Positions 38,312-51,530 of a DNA stretch of 64,000 nucleotides are shown piece after piece; the first letter of the stretch is position 1; the number at the start of each line of letters is the position of its first letter. Source of the DNA: Octopus vulgaris (Eukaryota); assembly GCA_951406725.2 (NCBI GenBank), contig OX597823.1:25730001-25794000 (forward strand), read 5' to 3'. The notes under the pieces were generated by a model. It saw only the letters and a program-made list of their open reading frames with translations. It ran no database searches and was not told the DNA's origin. Position numbers and translations under genes: made by a program.

Positions 38312-38778
38312 ACGAGCAAAACACACACACCCGTCCAATGGACGGTGCTGAGTTGTGAAACATTTAAACCAAATTTTCTCAAAACAACTTGTCCGACTGT
38401 CCCATAGGCCTCCCCTTTGAGAAACACTCATTTAACCTAAATTTAAGACACCAGCAAAAGAAGAAATAAAGATAGACTTTTTTCTATTCCAAAGAAAAAC
38501 GATTTTATTCAAACAAATATGCAACCGAAGAGTTTAAAGTACCAGTAAGTATATTGCAACAGCTGATGTAGTTGCGCGTACAAATGCACGTTCCCACGGC
38601 TTTATCGATCGCATTCTCACCTGGAATCGATTTTTGTAATTTTTTAAAGACTTATACATGGCCTGATACCGTCAGTATCTGCATATCAAATTTGAGCGAA
38701 ATCGGATGGAGGATGCCCGAGATCCTAGAAGACGCACAGACAGACAGACAGAACGGATTTTATATAATATATATATAG
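38312..38778 (-). mobile_element. Non-autonomous Helitron-like element
   Basis: CCGTCC..GGACGG hairpin near the left end; aaatttgagcgaaatcgg...(cagac)n...tatatatag signature shared with the 27-29 kb Helitrons. Confidence 0.55.
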
Positions 38779-39043
38779 TTCGTATTTGTTAATTGAACGA
38801 TAATATTTTGAAAACAAGTATTTAATATCTAATTTCATATAGATGTGTGTGCGTTTGTGTGAAATTGATTAAGTAAATACAATTTACGATAAAAATTCGC
38901 AGTTTTATTTTGAGTAAAATGTCACCGTCTTTCAGAGCAAAATCTTTTAAGTCTGTTCGAATGCTTTACTGCCTCTGACTCACTCCCACTCCGTTTGTTG
39001 TTTTACTCTTCCTTTCCCCAAACATGACCGGTAGGAAACATTG

Positions 39044-39475
39044 TGCGAGCTGGCAGAAATGTTAGCACGCTGGATGAAATGCCTAGCGGTATCTCGCCCG
39101 TCGCTATGTTCTGAGTTCAAATTCCGCCGTGTTCGATTTTGCCTTTCGATCTTTCGGGGTCGATGAAATAAGTACCACTTACTCACTGGAGTCGATGTTA
39201 TCAACTTAATACTTTTGTCTGTCCTTCTTTGTTCCCTCTGTTTAGCCCCTTGTGGGCAATAAAGAAATAAGAATCGTTATCACGCTGGACGAAATGCCTA
39301 GCATTATCTCGCCTGTTGCTAGGTTCTGAGTTCAAATTCCGCCGTGTTCGATTTTGCCTTTCGATCTTTCGGGGTCGATGAAATAAGCACCAGTGAATCA
39401 CTGGGGTCGATGTAATTGACTAGTCCCCTCCCCCAACAAATTTCAGGCCTTGTGCCTATTGTAGAAAGGATTATA
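39044..39475 (+). mobile_element. Tandem Octopus-type SINE dimer
   Basis: Two consecutive SINE bodies sharing diagnostic variants (ccgtgttcgatttt). Confidence 0.85.
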
Positions 39476-39854
39476 TGTTAAATTTATTTTTTTGGATTCT
39501 AATTTTATATCCTTTGTTTTATCTTTATTGTTGTTGTTTCTCCTTTTGATCAAGGTAAACCGCACTTGTGTGTTGTACTCAGTGTTCTGGGACCTTGTAG
39601 CCAATGAAAGAAATCATCATCGTCACCGTCGTCATCATCATCATCATCTGTTGCAGAGAGCGACTTTCGCAGACTCTCAGAAATGTCGTTAACTAAGACA
39701 ATAGTAACTTTTTAAATAAAACTTGGAAGGATGTAAACTAAATTTGAGTGTGGAAGTAACTGAACTTTGGGACCAAGAAAGATAGCACTATATACTCCAA
39801 TAAATTTAAATACATCCATCTACCACCACAGCTGCCACGATAACACGCTTTAAT

Positions 39855-40075
39855 ATTGGTTTCAAATTTCGGTACAAGTCCAACAATTTCAGAAAGGTGC
39901 GTAAGTCGATTACATCGATCCCATTGCTCAACTGGTACTTATTTTTATCGACCCTAAAAAAGAAAATGAAAGCTAAAGTCGACATCGGTGTAATTTGAAC
40001 TCAGAACATAAACACAGACGAAACGTCGCTACACATTTTGCCCGGCGTGCAAACGATTCTGACAGCTTGCTGCCT
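39855..40075 (-). mobile_element. Octopus-type SINE
   Basis: Reverse complement of the SINE consensus. Confidence 0.8.
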
Positions 40076-40142
40076 TTTTTAACATGTTTTAATACTGGCT
40101 TTGAGTCTGGGTGCAGAATCTAGTTAACAGTATCAGTACATA

Positions 40143-43000
40143 CAGGGACCTCGTTTGCCTTAAAAATGTGATGGGGACAAACAACATTTGTTGATTCTTA
40201 AAAGGAGTATGTTAGTATTGCTTATGGTGCCTTTTCCCGACCCTGTCACATAAGTAAAACTTTAAGCTAATTAAATTTTATATAATCAAATGAAGTTCAG
40301 ATATTAAAAAATAAGCTTAAAAAGAATTTGTTATATCAAATAAACAAAAAATAAAACATAAACGTTTGGATATAAAAATATAAAGTAAATTTATTGTCTT
40401 TTAGAACTTTCCAAATCTATATCTCGTATCATTGCTGTCAATAAATAATTTAGCAACTTTTTCACAACTAATCTTTTTCAAAACATCTCTATGAACATAG
40501 CATATTACAATATGATTCAACCTTTGATCGCAGCCAAGTTTTGAGTCTCTGCAGAGTGCTAAACGATCTTTCAGCTTCACAAAAACTGGTCGGAAACATT
40601 AAAAGTAGCCTGAACAATCGTTCAATATTTAGAAACAGTTGATTGCATTTCACCAAATATTTTACGATGATCCTCGAGAGATGATCCATTATGATGATTT
40701 CGATAAAAAAGTATTTCGTTTCTTAAAGAAAATCCATCAAGCTGAGGATACTAATCACTTCAGCACAAAAATTTCCATTGTATAAAATATTGCTGTTTAT
40801 CATAATCTGCCAAATCCTTTGTAAAGAAAAGAAAATCTTTCAAATTTGCTATTGCAGCTACCACAACCTGCAAATACTTCACTCTGCAATGATCCAAGAC
40901 AGTGCAGTTTTGGTATTTTAACGCATTTCCTTCCTGGTATCTTTTAGGAAGTGTTTGTTGCCTGAATCACTGCAAAGGAGAAGTATCGAGTTGATCAATC
41001 ATTTCTTTTTTTTTTTCTTGTTGTATTGAACAGCTCCTGAAATTCTTCTTCACTGCATAGATTTTTTAGTTCCTTCTGCACCAATTTGACACTGTGCAAC
41101 ATGCCACCTCGATTGACGGTGGTACTTTGAAAAGATTTGTTCAATCCTCCAAGAAGCTGAAGTAACGGAACTACAGCATGCAATCCAAAAACACATTGGC
41201 CTGTAGAAAGACACATAAGAATATCATTAGCTCTGGCTGCAATGTTGGTGCCAAACACATTTGTTGCCTCTTGTAAAGAAATAATGACATCTGAATAATT
41301 TTCAAGAAGGGCTTTGACTGCGGAAAGTCGTGTTGGCTATCGAGTAGGGCACACAGGTTTTAAGGAGCGTAGTAATGATACTTCATTTTCTTCATCATGT
41401 TGTGATAAATATGCGTGCTTAAATTTCCCTGATGTACTATATAGTTTTCCCAATTCATTCACGTAATCGAAAGCATTTTTGATAAATGAAGCTTGTTGAA
41501 CGGACTTAGCTATAAGTTGAGAAACATGAGCACCGCAGTGCACGTAATGAGTCAGAGGCTGAATCTTCTTTATTTCTGCTTGACAACCAAGATATTTACC
41601 TGCCATATTAGCTGCACCATCATATGTCTGGCATCGAAGATTTTGAATTGGTAATTGAAGGCATAGAATTACATCAAAAATCATTTGACACTATCTATAT
41701 TGTAGATTCTTAAAACAACTTTAATTTCGAAATAAACATTCATATAACGAACACAAATAACTTCCTGTTCCTTACCGTAAATATCTTGTATACCATCAAT
41801 AATGATTCTAAACTGCTTATATTCTTTATTATGCCTTTCAAAATCATATGTTTCATTGTTTTAAAAATATCATTTTGGATTTCAGCACTAATGTAGCTGT
41901 GTTTTCTGTTCAACGAAATTCTTAGCTCATGTACATCTTCACATCGAAGATTTAAGAGCTCCATGAAGTTGCCCTTATCACTATGCTTTCCTTGAATTGC
42001 GAACCCTTGCTCGGCTAATCTTCAAAGAAGATATTATCTTAAGAAAAGAATGCATTGCTTTATTTTAATAATCACAGTGGGCTTGTTTCCAGTTTTACCG
42101 TATTCTTTCTTGTTTCTTTTTGAAAAGGATGTTAGATGTTACAATTTTATGAGTGTTTGACTTTTCATGCGAAACAAACTTTTCGTGAACTTTTTTCCAG
42201 TTTTTGAAGCCTTTTTAAAATGAAAGCATTATTTAGCCAAGTTTACCAGCGTGTTTTGATGTGCCTATAAGCCTAGAACCATTTTGACTCAAACTTCAGC
42301 AACTTGTTTGGCAGTTTTTGAACAGGTATCATAGCCACATCAGGATGATAAGGTTCCATAGGTGTAGGGCATCTTTCATAACGTTCAGCAGGTTCAATTA
42401 CAGTGGAAGTTGAGGGAGATACAATATTTGGGCTTGATTTATTTTAGCACTCTTTTGGAAGCGTTCCTGAGAGAGAACATTATCACTTTCATGATTAATT
42501 GGTAAAGGGAAGCTTTCTTTACGTTCAGCAAATTAATAAGAAATGATAGAAGTTGAGGGAGACAGGAGATCTTGGCTTGATTTTTTTGTAGTCCTTGTTT
42601 TGGAGCTTTCCTGAGAAAGAACAGCATCATTTTCATGACTACGTTTAAAATATCCACGAATATCCATTTCAAATCAAGTTATGCTAGGATCTTTAAAAAA
42701 ATCTTTAAAAAAATATTCGTACGAATTAAATACAGAAAAAAAATTCAGTCCAAAACAAAAGCAAACTATTTTTGAAAAGTAGACGTAAATGTTCTCAAAG
42801 ACTTGATCTCAGTCGAAAAAGCCTTTTTTTTATTCTATATTTCACTGTTAGTTGTTCTACTGGATAGACAATTCCACAATTCAAACTACGAAGTCAAAAT
42901 ATCAACGATGCACAATATGAAGAATTTCTTACCTTTCTCTGAAATCACAAACTCAAGAGAAAAATAATACCTTGCAAAATGAAAGCGAACAATATCTGTA
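40143..43000 (-). mobile_element. Decayed hAT transposon (ZMYM1/DUF4371-type transposase)
   Basis: GFKNWKK, HEKSNTH, LRCQTYDGAANMAGK, YVHCGAH, CPTR, PTSFCEAERSFSTLQRLKTWLRS; boundaries approximate. Confidence 0.85.
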
Positions 43001-43024
43001 TCCTCTCTCACACACACACACACG

Positions 43025-43535
43025 CACGCTTAAATATTTAAGTTTGTGTATATGTGACTATAAGGATGCTGGCATGATTTATGCTTTTTGGTAAGGAGAG
43101 AATTTTGTCTCCAGATTTTATTATTTAGGGAGATTGAATGCCACAGCTCTACGTGAAAGCTGACCAGCTTTTCAACCTCGTCAAATACCAACGCCGGCCT
43201 CTGTGTGTATATATGTGTATGTATGTATGTATGTATGTATAAGTATACACCCACACATTTTATCACCTTTGCTTCTTTTTCTTGTTTCTCTTGACGCTGT
43301 TGTTGTAACTGTTGTCATAGCTGATGTTCTTATTTTCATTTTCTTCGATTCCTTTTGTTTTTCTTTCATCTCCCTGAACAATTCGTTGACAAGCTTCTTT
43401 CATTTACTTCGTTTCTTTTAAATTTATTTAAGGTACACCCTCGTTCTTTTTCCTCGTCTACCTTGTGGGCTGCTTAAACTCAGGGGCCTTGGGGCGCCGC
43501 CCCGGCTGCTCTCACTTCTCAGTGGGCTTGTGTGT
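43025..43535 (-). repeat. Dispersed repeat (probable MITE), copy A
   Basis: Homologous, in opposite orientation, to 48990-49452 (ORF track gives paralogous peptides ...KKMKIRT...MCGCILI). Confidence 0.8.
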
Positions 43536-43879
43536 ATATGTGTGTTCAGGGCTAGCCAAAAATCACCTGAGAGTAAATCTAATACCAAGATTGGAACAAA
43601 AAATTATTTTATATGAGACATCGCTAATAAATAGACAAATGTTGGGGGGGGGGATAATTATTTTAACTCACAGCATTCAATTATAAAACATAATTGGAAT
43701 GAATAAATAAAATTGAATTTTAAGTATTTATGTCTGAGACGTTATCAATTGATATATACGACGAAAAAACGGAAGCAGCTGAAATTCCAGAGCAGTAAAG
43801 AAAATTATTGACATTTCCTTTGAGTTTGATAAATAATGTATTGTTTATTTATCTATATTCACTCCGTGCGATAAATACG

Positions 43880-45575
43880 AGTGTAGGACAAAAGCCGCCT
43901 AGGAAAAAACCCCACCAGAACTAAACGCCCTCAGCCAAAAGACAAAACCACCATGGTTAAAGTGTGAAAATCCCCTCGGTTATATTTTTCGGTTATTTTT
44001 TCGTTTTCTTCCCCTCTTTACTTGTTTCAGTCATTAGATTGTGGCCATGCTGGGGTACTATCTTGAATTTTTAGTTACATGTATCGACCCCAGAATTTAT
44101 TTTTCCTGTTTACTTGTTGCAGTTATTAGACTGCGGCCATGCTGGGGCACCATCTTGAAGTTTTAGGCGACTGTATGGAACCCAGAATTTTTTTTAAGCC
44201 TGGTCAAAATCTCAGCGATATATTTCTTTTTTTTTTCTTTTTTTCCTTTGTACTTCTTAAATAATTAGACTGCGAGAATGCTGAGGCACTGCTTGCGAGA
44301 ATTCTTAGTCGAACGTATCGACACTAGAATTTTTTTTAGGTGATTTTCAACCAACGCATGAAGTTAAGCCTTGAAGGTTTCTCCACATGCTAGGAATAAC
44401 AGCCAAATCTCTTGAATTTTTTTTTTTTTTATAATTTCAGATAAAAATGGTTGTAAAAAAACATTTATTTTCCAAAATTTCAATTTTTAGGTAAGCAAAA
44501 ATGTAATCAATCGAATATAAATAAGTAGAATAGAATAACAGAACGCAAAACTCTTTACTACTCAATGTACATATTGTCTGAATTCTAACAAATGGGAAAG
44601 AATTTACTTCAAAAAATGTGTAGAAACATAGAAACGATAAGAATAACGTTTGAATAACTAGCTTTCGGCGCCATAATTCTGTTAGACATTCAACGGCCAT
44701 TCAGAAGGTCAACTCACTCTCATTAATCTCTAATGGCAGAGAGAAGAAAACAAAAGACTGCAAATTTAAATTTTAAAATACTGATTTTTCAGCGACTAAA
44801 AATTCTTCGGGACAGTACCCCAGCATGGCCACAGTCTAATGACTGAAACAAGTATGAAAATAAAAAAATTCTGGGATCGATACAGTCGACTAAAAATTCC
44901 TCAAAGCTGTGCCCCAGCATGGCAGTAGCCCAATGACTGAAACAACTAAAAGCATTTTTAGAATATAAAAAAAAAACGAAAAATAACCAAAAATATAACT
45001 GGGGGTTTTGTCTGCTTTTGCACTTTAACTAAGGGGCTTTGTCCTAGTGAGGTTTTGTCCTACAGGGCTTTTGTCTGGATCCTGACAAATAAATATAAAT
45101 GTTATACAATTCTCAAGCAAATTATTCATGAGTTGATCTTTTTTTAATTTTTAGCAAATATTCTTTAAGGTGGTGCCCCAGCATGGCCGCAGTCTAATGG
45201 CTGAAACAAGTAAGAAAATTAAAAATATCCAAAACAGTCGACTAAAAATTCCGCAGTGTGATGACAGACAAGTAAAACAAAGAAATTGGGTGTGGTGGGG
45301 GTGATATATTCGGCTAAAATTTCCTCAAGGCGATGCCACAGCATGGCCACAGTCCAATGACTGAAGCAGGCAAAAATTTTTTTTAGAGAACATAAAAAAA
45401 ACGAAACATAACCAAAAAAGATAACTGGGGAGGTTTTGTTTGCTTTCGCACTTTAAGGGGGTTTTGTCCGAAGGGTTTTTGTCTGAGGGGGTTTTGTCCG
45501 GATCCCGACAAATACATATAAATGTTATACAATTCTTACACCAATTATTGATGAGTTGTTCTGTTTTTAATTTTT
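43880..45575. mobile_element. Mutator-like foldback element with duplicated right arm
   Basis: Subterminal GGACAAAAGCC-type repeats at 43886-43950, inverted at 45000-45081 and again at 45427-45505 (both ending GGATCC). Confidence 0.6.
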
Positions 45576-47188
45576 AGCAAATGGGTGTAACTATCGAACG
45601 AACAAAATTCAATAGCGATTGCAACTTAGGGTCTATATATATTAATATAAATATACATACATTTATAAACATGTAAAAATGTGTATTATACATGTATGAC
45701 TTGTTAGTGGGATTTTCTTTGTTTTTTAATTGAGAAAAAGTAGGGAAGACAAAAGATGGTTTGTCCCCTGTTCCTGTAAAGTGGAGAAGACTTGTCTCCT
45801 GGTAGCCCGCTGAAACAAGGCCCTTAAGTACATAACTGGCACTCAACTTTATTAACCGTAGAGAGACGAAAGGAAAATTTAACTGTTGTAGGATTTGATC
45901 ATAGACCATAGAGGTGTGAAACACTCTAGGATAGATAGGATAAACGAAACGCTCATTTGTTTTGGTTAATAATCACAATTTATAACTTCGGCACAAGTTC
46001 ACAAATTTGAGGGAAGGAACAGTCGAATAAACTAATCTCCATTATTAGACATGTTTAATTTACCTGAATGTGATGCAAACTCAATGTTAAAGAATTTACT
46101 TAAAAATTCGTGAAGAATTTTTGCGTCCAACACTTTACTAATTATATCAACCGCCGTCATCAAACTAAGTCTGAAATTTAGGAGAATTGAGTCAATCATT
46201 TAGATCAACCCCAGTATTTGATTGTTTCTTAATTTTATCGACATAGAAAGGATGAAAATCAAAATTAACCTCGATGGGATTTGAACTCAGAACGTAAAGA
46301 GTCAGAACAAATACCACAAATCCTTTTTTTTTTTTTTCTCCGACGCTCTAACAATTCTACCAGGTCACCGCATGATTGATAATGGTTTCAAACGATGACG
46401 CAAGGTCAGCAATTTTCAAGATAGGGGTTAGTTCCAGTACTTGATTAATATCTAATATTATTGCCTCTGAAAGAATGTAGGCAACGTCGAACATGGAAGA
46501 ATTTGTACTCAGTAGGTAAAAAAAGCCAGGAGAAATGTTGCTAACCATTTTTTTTTAAATCCGACATGCTAACGATTCTGCCAGCTCGCTGCTATAAACA
46601 ACAACAATAATAATAATGATTTCTAATAGAAGCACAATATCTCGAATTTAGAGACAGCCTATAGTTGATAGTGATTAATGTTGTCAGTATAAGTTGAATT
46701 TTATTTAAGAGCAACGTCAATACTGAAAATGATAGCATTCTGAATATATGAAGAGAATAACATGCAATAATGTTACAACATAAATATAGAAGTAGGATAT
46801 AATAATACGTAACTTCTTCTCTAATGTTTAAATAAACTTTTAAACATTTCGGTAAAAAAAAAATGTCTAGCATTGAATATTCGAAGGTAGAGTAGTTGAA
46901 GGAAGAGTTGTTGCCCTTACATAAATGTTACTGACAACCTGAAATTAATTTTCCTTTCTTACCGATTTGTCGCTTTTCTAACTGAATTTGAATATTAACG
47001 CTATTATTCAATCATTATAATGCCAGGCAATAGTTTACAGTCCTTCACGTTCTATGTTCAAACTGCGTGAAATAACTTTTTTTTTTCATCCTATATAGAG
47101 TTATATCCCACAAGAAGATAACTGTATTGTTTGTTTTCACTCCTAGTTATAAATGTAGATTGATCTCAACATACATACATGCGTACAT

Positions 47189-47362
47189 AGCTGAAGATCA
47201 GTGAAAAAGAGAACACCTATGCTGAACTATTGAGAAATCTGCAGTTACTCTATCCAGATTACAAGTTCAGGTTTATACCTGTAATTATTGGGGCCTTGGG
47301 GTATGCAACACACTGCCTAAATGCCAATCTTGAGAAATTAGGCTTCTCAGAACTTGAAAGGC
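47189..47362 (+). mobile_element. R4/Dong-like LINE, restriction-like endonuclease fragment
   Basis: LKISEKENTYAELLRNLQLLYPDYKFRFIPVIIGALG. Confidence 0.7.
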
Positions 47363-47706
47363 GTTAAAAATCGGTTCTGGTACTTTTTGGTTATATCACC
47401 TCCGTTAAAAAATTGCAATTCAAAAATGGGGTTATCGCCCATATATAAAAAACCATCACTTTTTTTAAGTGAGCTTATATTAGTTTTTCTTGAGATTAAT
47501 TTACATTTAGGACATTTTATAAACTAGTATAAATACTATCTTCTTAATACAAAGCAAACATCGCAATTTAAAGATTGGTTGCAGAGTTAAATATTAAGAG
47601 AAAGCTTAATAAGAGAAATCTTAATATAAGAAAGCTTTTTCGAAGATAGTTCAGTCGAAAAGAGTCCATTTGCAAACGCATATACACACTCACACACACT
47701 AATAAT

Positions 47707-47767
<61 letters not shown>

Positions 47768-48112
47768 AATGAGATAGGGGTTGAAAATTCAACCCACCAT
47801 GGGATAACATATATCCAATATACAGCTAGAGAGGTACCCAACAAGACAAATACATAAATGTTAAAAATTGCCATGCAATTAATTCATCTACTGTATTATG
47901 TGGGCAAAGGTAAAAATATTACCGTAAATTAATACTACAAAATTAGAAAATGGAGAAACATACTTAAATCAATCAAACATCAACCATCAGATGATACCCA
48001 ATCAATACTTTATTACACCATTACATAACAGTAAAGGCGTTATACAAAATATATTGTAAATATAATTAGACAAGGAAATAGAAATATAAAATATAATATA
48101 TAATTATATCAT

Positions 48113-48218
48113 ATCTGACAGCTGTTTCGGCCGTAAGGGCAAGTATGCCTCATTTAACCTATAAGCCATATAAGGCAGGTATAAATGAGACATTAACAAG
48201 GAACGGCCTCTTCAGAGA
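48113..48218 (-). ncRNA. Type I hammerhead ribozyme motif with extended stem II
   Basis: UCU-CUGAAGA-GGCCGU...(~70 nt)...ACGGCC-GAAA-CAGCUG-UC^AGA; palindromic stem III as in PLE hammerheads. Confidence 0.75.
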
Positions 48219-48989
48219 ATTTAATTTATTATAAGTGTGAAAAAAATTTTTTTATACATATAAATATAAAAATATAACATATAAAAACGTGTGCATAGAC
48301 ACACATAATACTACACATATATATATACTCATTAATACAATAATACAAAATAAACAAAACAAAATATATCAATATATATTAACAAACACAGTTATTCAAC
48401 ATATTGGGCTACTAGTTCCAAAACTAACCTACAGGAAAATATATGCACACTCATATTTAAATTTAAATCAGACCTATACATAAAAAAATAATAAAAAAAC
48501 ACAGTTCAGTTCATAAAATAATAAACTTATAAAAGTCAATAAAAATTACTATTAATATTAATAATAATAGTAATAATAATAATAATAAATACAACCATGT
48601 CTGTACCAAGTACATCAATCGGACATCTACATATCTATGAGTCTGATTATTCTGTCCGCTTGATATTGATTATTCTAGATTAATTCGATTGGCTTATAGT
48701 TTTAAATTTGAATCACAAAAGAAATTTTACGGTTAGTTAGTCAAGAAACGCACATACGCACACGCACATCCACAGATCAATCGCACATACATACATAATT
48801 ATATGTATACACACACACATATACTCATACACATACATATCCACAAACACCGTCAAACACATAAATAAATAAATAATAAAAGAGGTATAATCGTAGCTAT
48901 GCAGCCATCCAGCCTCCCCAAAACGACAACAATGCCACTATATTAACTACGATATATACACACACACACACACAGTCCAACAGATAAGA

Positions 48990-49452
48990 GGTAGGGGCAG
49001 CCCAAGGTCCATGAGTTTAAGTGGCCTACAAGCCCAACGAGGAAAAAATACGTGGGTGTACCTTAAAGTAATTTAATAGAAAAAAAATAATTGAAAAAAG
49101 CTTGTCCCAAGGGAGATGAAAGAAAAACGAAAGAATTCAAAGAAAATGAAAATAAGAACGTGTACTATGACAACAGATACAAGAACAACTTCAACAGAAA
49201 CAAGAAAAATAAGTAATGGTGATGAAATGTGTGGGTGTATACTTATATATACATACTTAAATACATACACACACACACACACACATATTTACATACACAG
49301 GCCGGCGTTGGTGATTGACGAGGTTGAAAAGCTGGTCAGTATTTAATCTCCCTAGGTAATAAAATCTGGAGACAATATTCTCTCCTTACCAAAAAATTAA
49401 AAAAAACTTAAATCATATCACCATCCTTATAGACTCATATACACGCACTTAA
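48990..49452 (+). repeat. Dispersed repeat (probable MITE), copy B, inside Merlin
   Basis: Inverted homolog of 43025-43535. Confidence 0.8.
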
Positions 49453-49498
49453 ATAAAAATGCATGCATGTATATAAAAATATATAGCTATATAGACGC

Positions 49499-49538
<40 letters not shown>

Positions 49539-50479
49539 CACACAATGAACATGAAAAACGAAATGATGAAACATCGTTTTGAATCTGATATTTTTATAAC
49601 AAATCATATGAAGAATAAGATTAGATATCTTATGCCTATTGAGGAAGCCAAAAGTTAATGTGTTGAAGTATTGAATCAAAAGGATCTAACTCTTCTAATC
49701 CAGTCTTTTGTCGTCACATAAGCTTGCACATGAGGCCAGTAGACCTCTGTGAGAGCCATTTTGTCTTCTATTTTTTCTTTAAAATTCTTCCAAAGTTTTT
49801 CAATATTTTAGGTGTGAGCTCCATTAGTTGGATTGACAAAGTGTAGAGAATGATTCACATTGAGATGTTGAAAATGACCAATATTAATTATATTTTTATA
49901 TTCTGAACATTCGTCACTTATGATGGCAGTACCCGGTCTTATATTATCTGTTATTGGAAGAAGTGTTGCCACAGACCTGTTAACGTCCGACGCAATTTTT
50001 TGTTGGGTCCTCCGATCACTCTTGGGTTTGCCAAAATGTGTGCAGCACAAACTTCTCTCAAATAGTTATTCCAGTCAACCACGCAACTGGCTTTCATTTC
50101 AAGCTCACGTTCACAAAATTTGATACATGTCTTGCAAATGGACTCTTCCCGACTGAACTATCTTCGAAAAAGCTTTCTCAGAAAGAGAATATTTATTAAG
50201 ATTTAACTCTACAACGCATTTCAAAACTTGCGGTGGTTATTTTATATTATGAAGATAGTATTTATATTAGTTCTTAAAATGTCCTAAATGTAAATTAATC
50301 TCAAGAAAAATTAATAAGACATATATAAAGCACACTTGAAAAAAAGAGATGGTTTTTATATATGGGAGATAACCCCTTCTTTTAATGGCAATCTTTTAAT
50401 GTGGGTGAGATAACCAAAAGGTACCAACGTTCTTACTCTGTTGGGAAGAAATCTCGAAATAAACTGAATAATGACATAC

Positions 50480-51085
50480 ATCCATACTTTATGCACGAGA
50501 TGAAAAAGAGCCTTGACCTAGTTGCAACATTCTCAAAGGGTTAGAGTTTGGTCAGAAGAAATGTTGTTATATGGTTGTGAAGACGGGGAAGAACTGTAAA
50601 CAAGATTAGCAACATCTCTATCAATGACTTGGTTGTTTCCCCTACATCTGATGAGGAACGTTACAGGTATCTAGGAGTAAATAAAAACATATCTTTAGTG
50701 TATCACTAAAGAATATTACAGCCAAATAAAAAAAAATTTGAACCTTATAACACTCTACATTTAATAAAGCAGTGGCCCACAATTTATTCGCAGTGCCAGT
50801 ACTCATAGCAACATTTGGTCCGCTTGATTAGATGCTTGATGAGATAGGAGCTATTGATGTGAAAACGTGAAAAATCTTAACAAACACACATAATTTCTAC
50901 ATAAACAGTGACATAGACTGCCTCTACCTAAAGTGAAAACAAGGCAGCAGAGGCTTAACATCGATCCAAAATATCGTATCATATTCCTTCAGCAATATCT
51001 TTTAACCACCAAGTCTCGAAGTGCATCCTTTGACCAAGTCTGCCTACGTGAGGCTGATAATATCATAAGACTGGGAAGGAATTTT
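50480..51085 (+). mobile_element. R4/Dong-like LINE RT fragment
   Basis: GLEFGQKKC, YRYLGV, FAVPVLIATFG, SDIDCLYL..KQGSRGL motifs with stops. Confidence 0.7.
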
Positions 51086-51244
51086 TTTATACGTCATTCT
51101 ATCTTATAAATATTTCCCATAGCAGAATAGCATATCTAAACTGAAAATGAAAAGCTAAAATTTACAAGTCCTTACTGAACAAAACTTACAAAGTAACATT
51201 AATATTGTTGCAGAGCCTACAACAATAATTTTTTCTTTAAGACC

Positions 51245-51378
51245 CGAGGACTTATTTCTTTTAAGTCTAGTACTTATTCCATCATTGTTGTTTGCTGAAC
51301 CGCCAAGTTATTGGGACGTAAACACACCAGCACTGGTTGTCAAGCGGTGATGAGGAGACAAACTCAGACACACACAGA

Positions 51379-51444
<66 letters not shown>

Positions 51445-51530
51445 GCATACATATGATATATATTCAGTTTCAGTCTACTGAATCCACACACAAAGCAACC
51501 CAAGGTAGTGGAAGATACTGGAACCATGTG
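51245..51530 (-). mobile_element. tRNA-derived SINE (third family) fragment with (TA)n
   Basis: Reverse complement of the 11439-12212 body. Confidence 0.65.

Larger units (their letters stand above)
47379..50425 (-). mobile_element. Merlin (IS1016/IS1595-like) DNA transposon, decayed, with nested insertions
   Basis: GGTAC...GTACC ends with ~300-bp TIRs (47379-47676 / 50131-50425); ORF 49808-50050 TLLP..NIRPGTAIISDE..Y...H.NVNHSLHFVNPTNGAHT; degenerate 8-bp TSD tcggttct/aacgttct. Confidence 0.88.
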
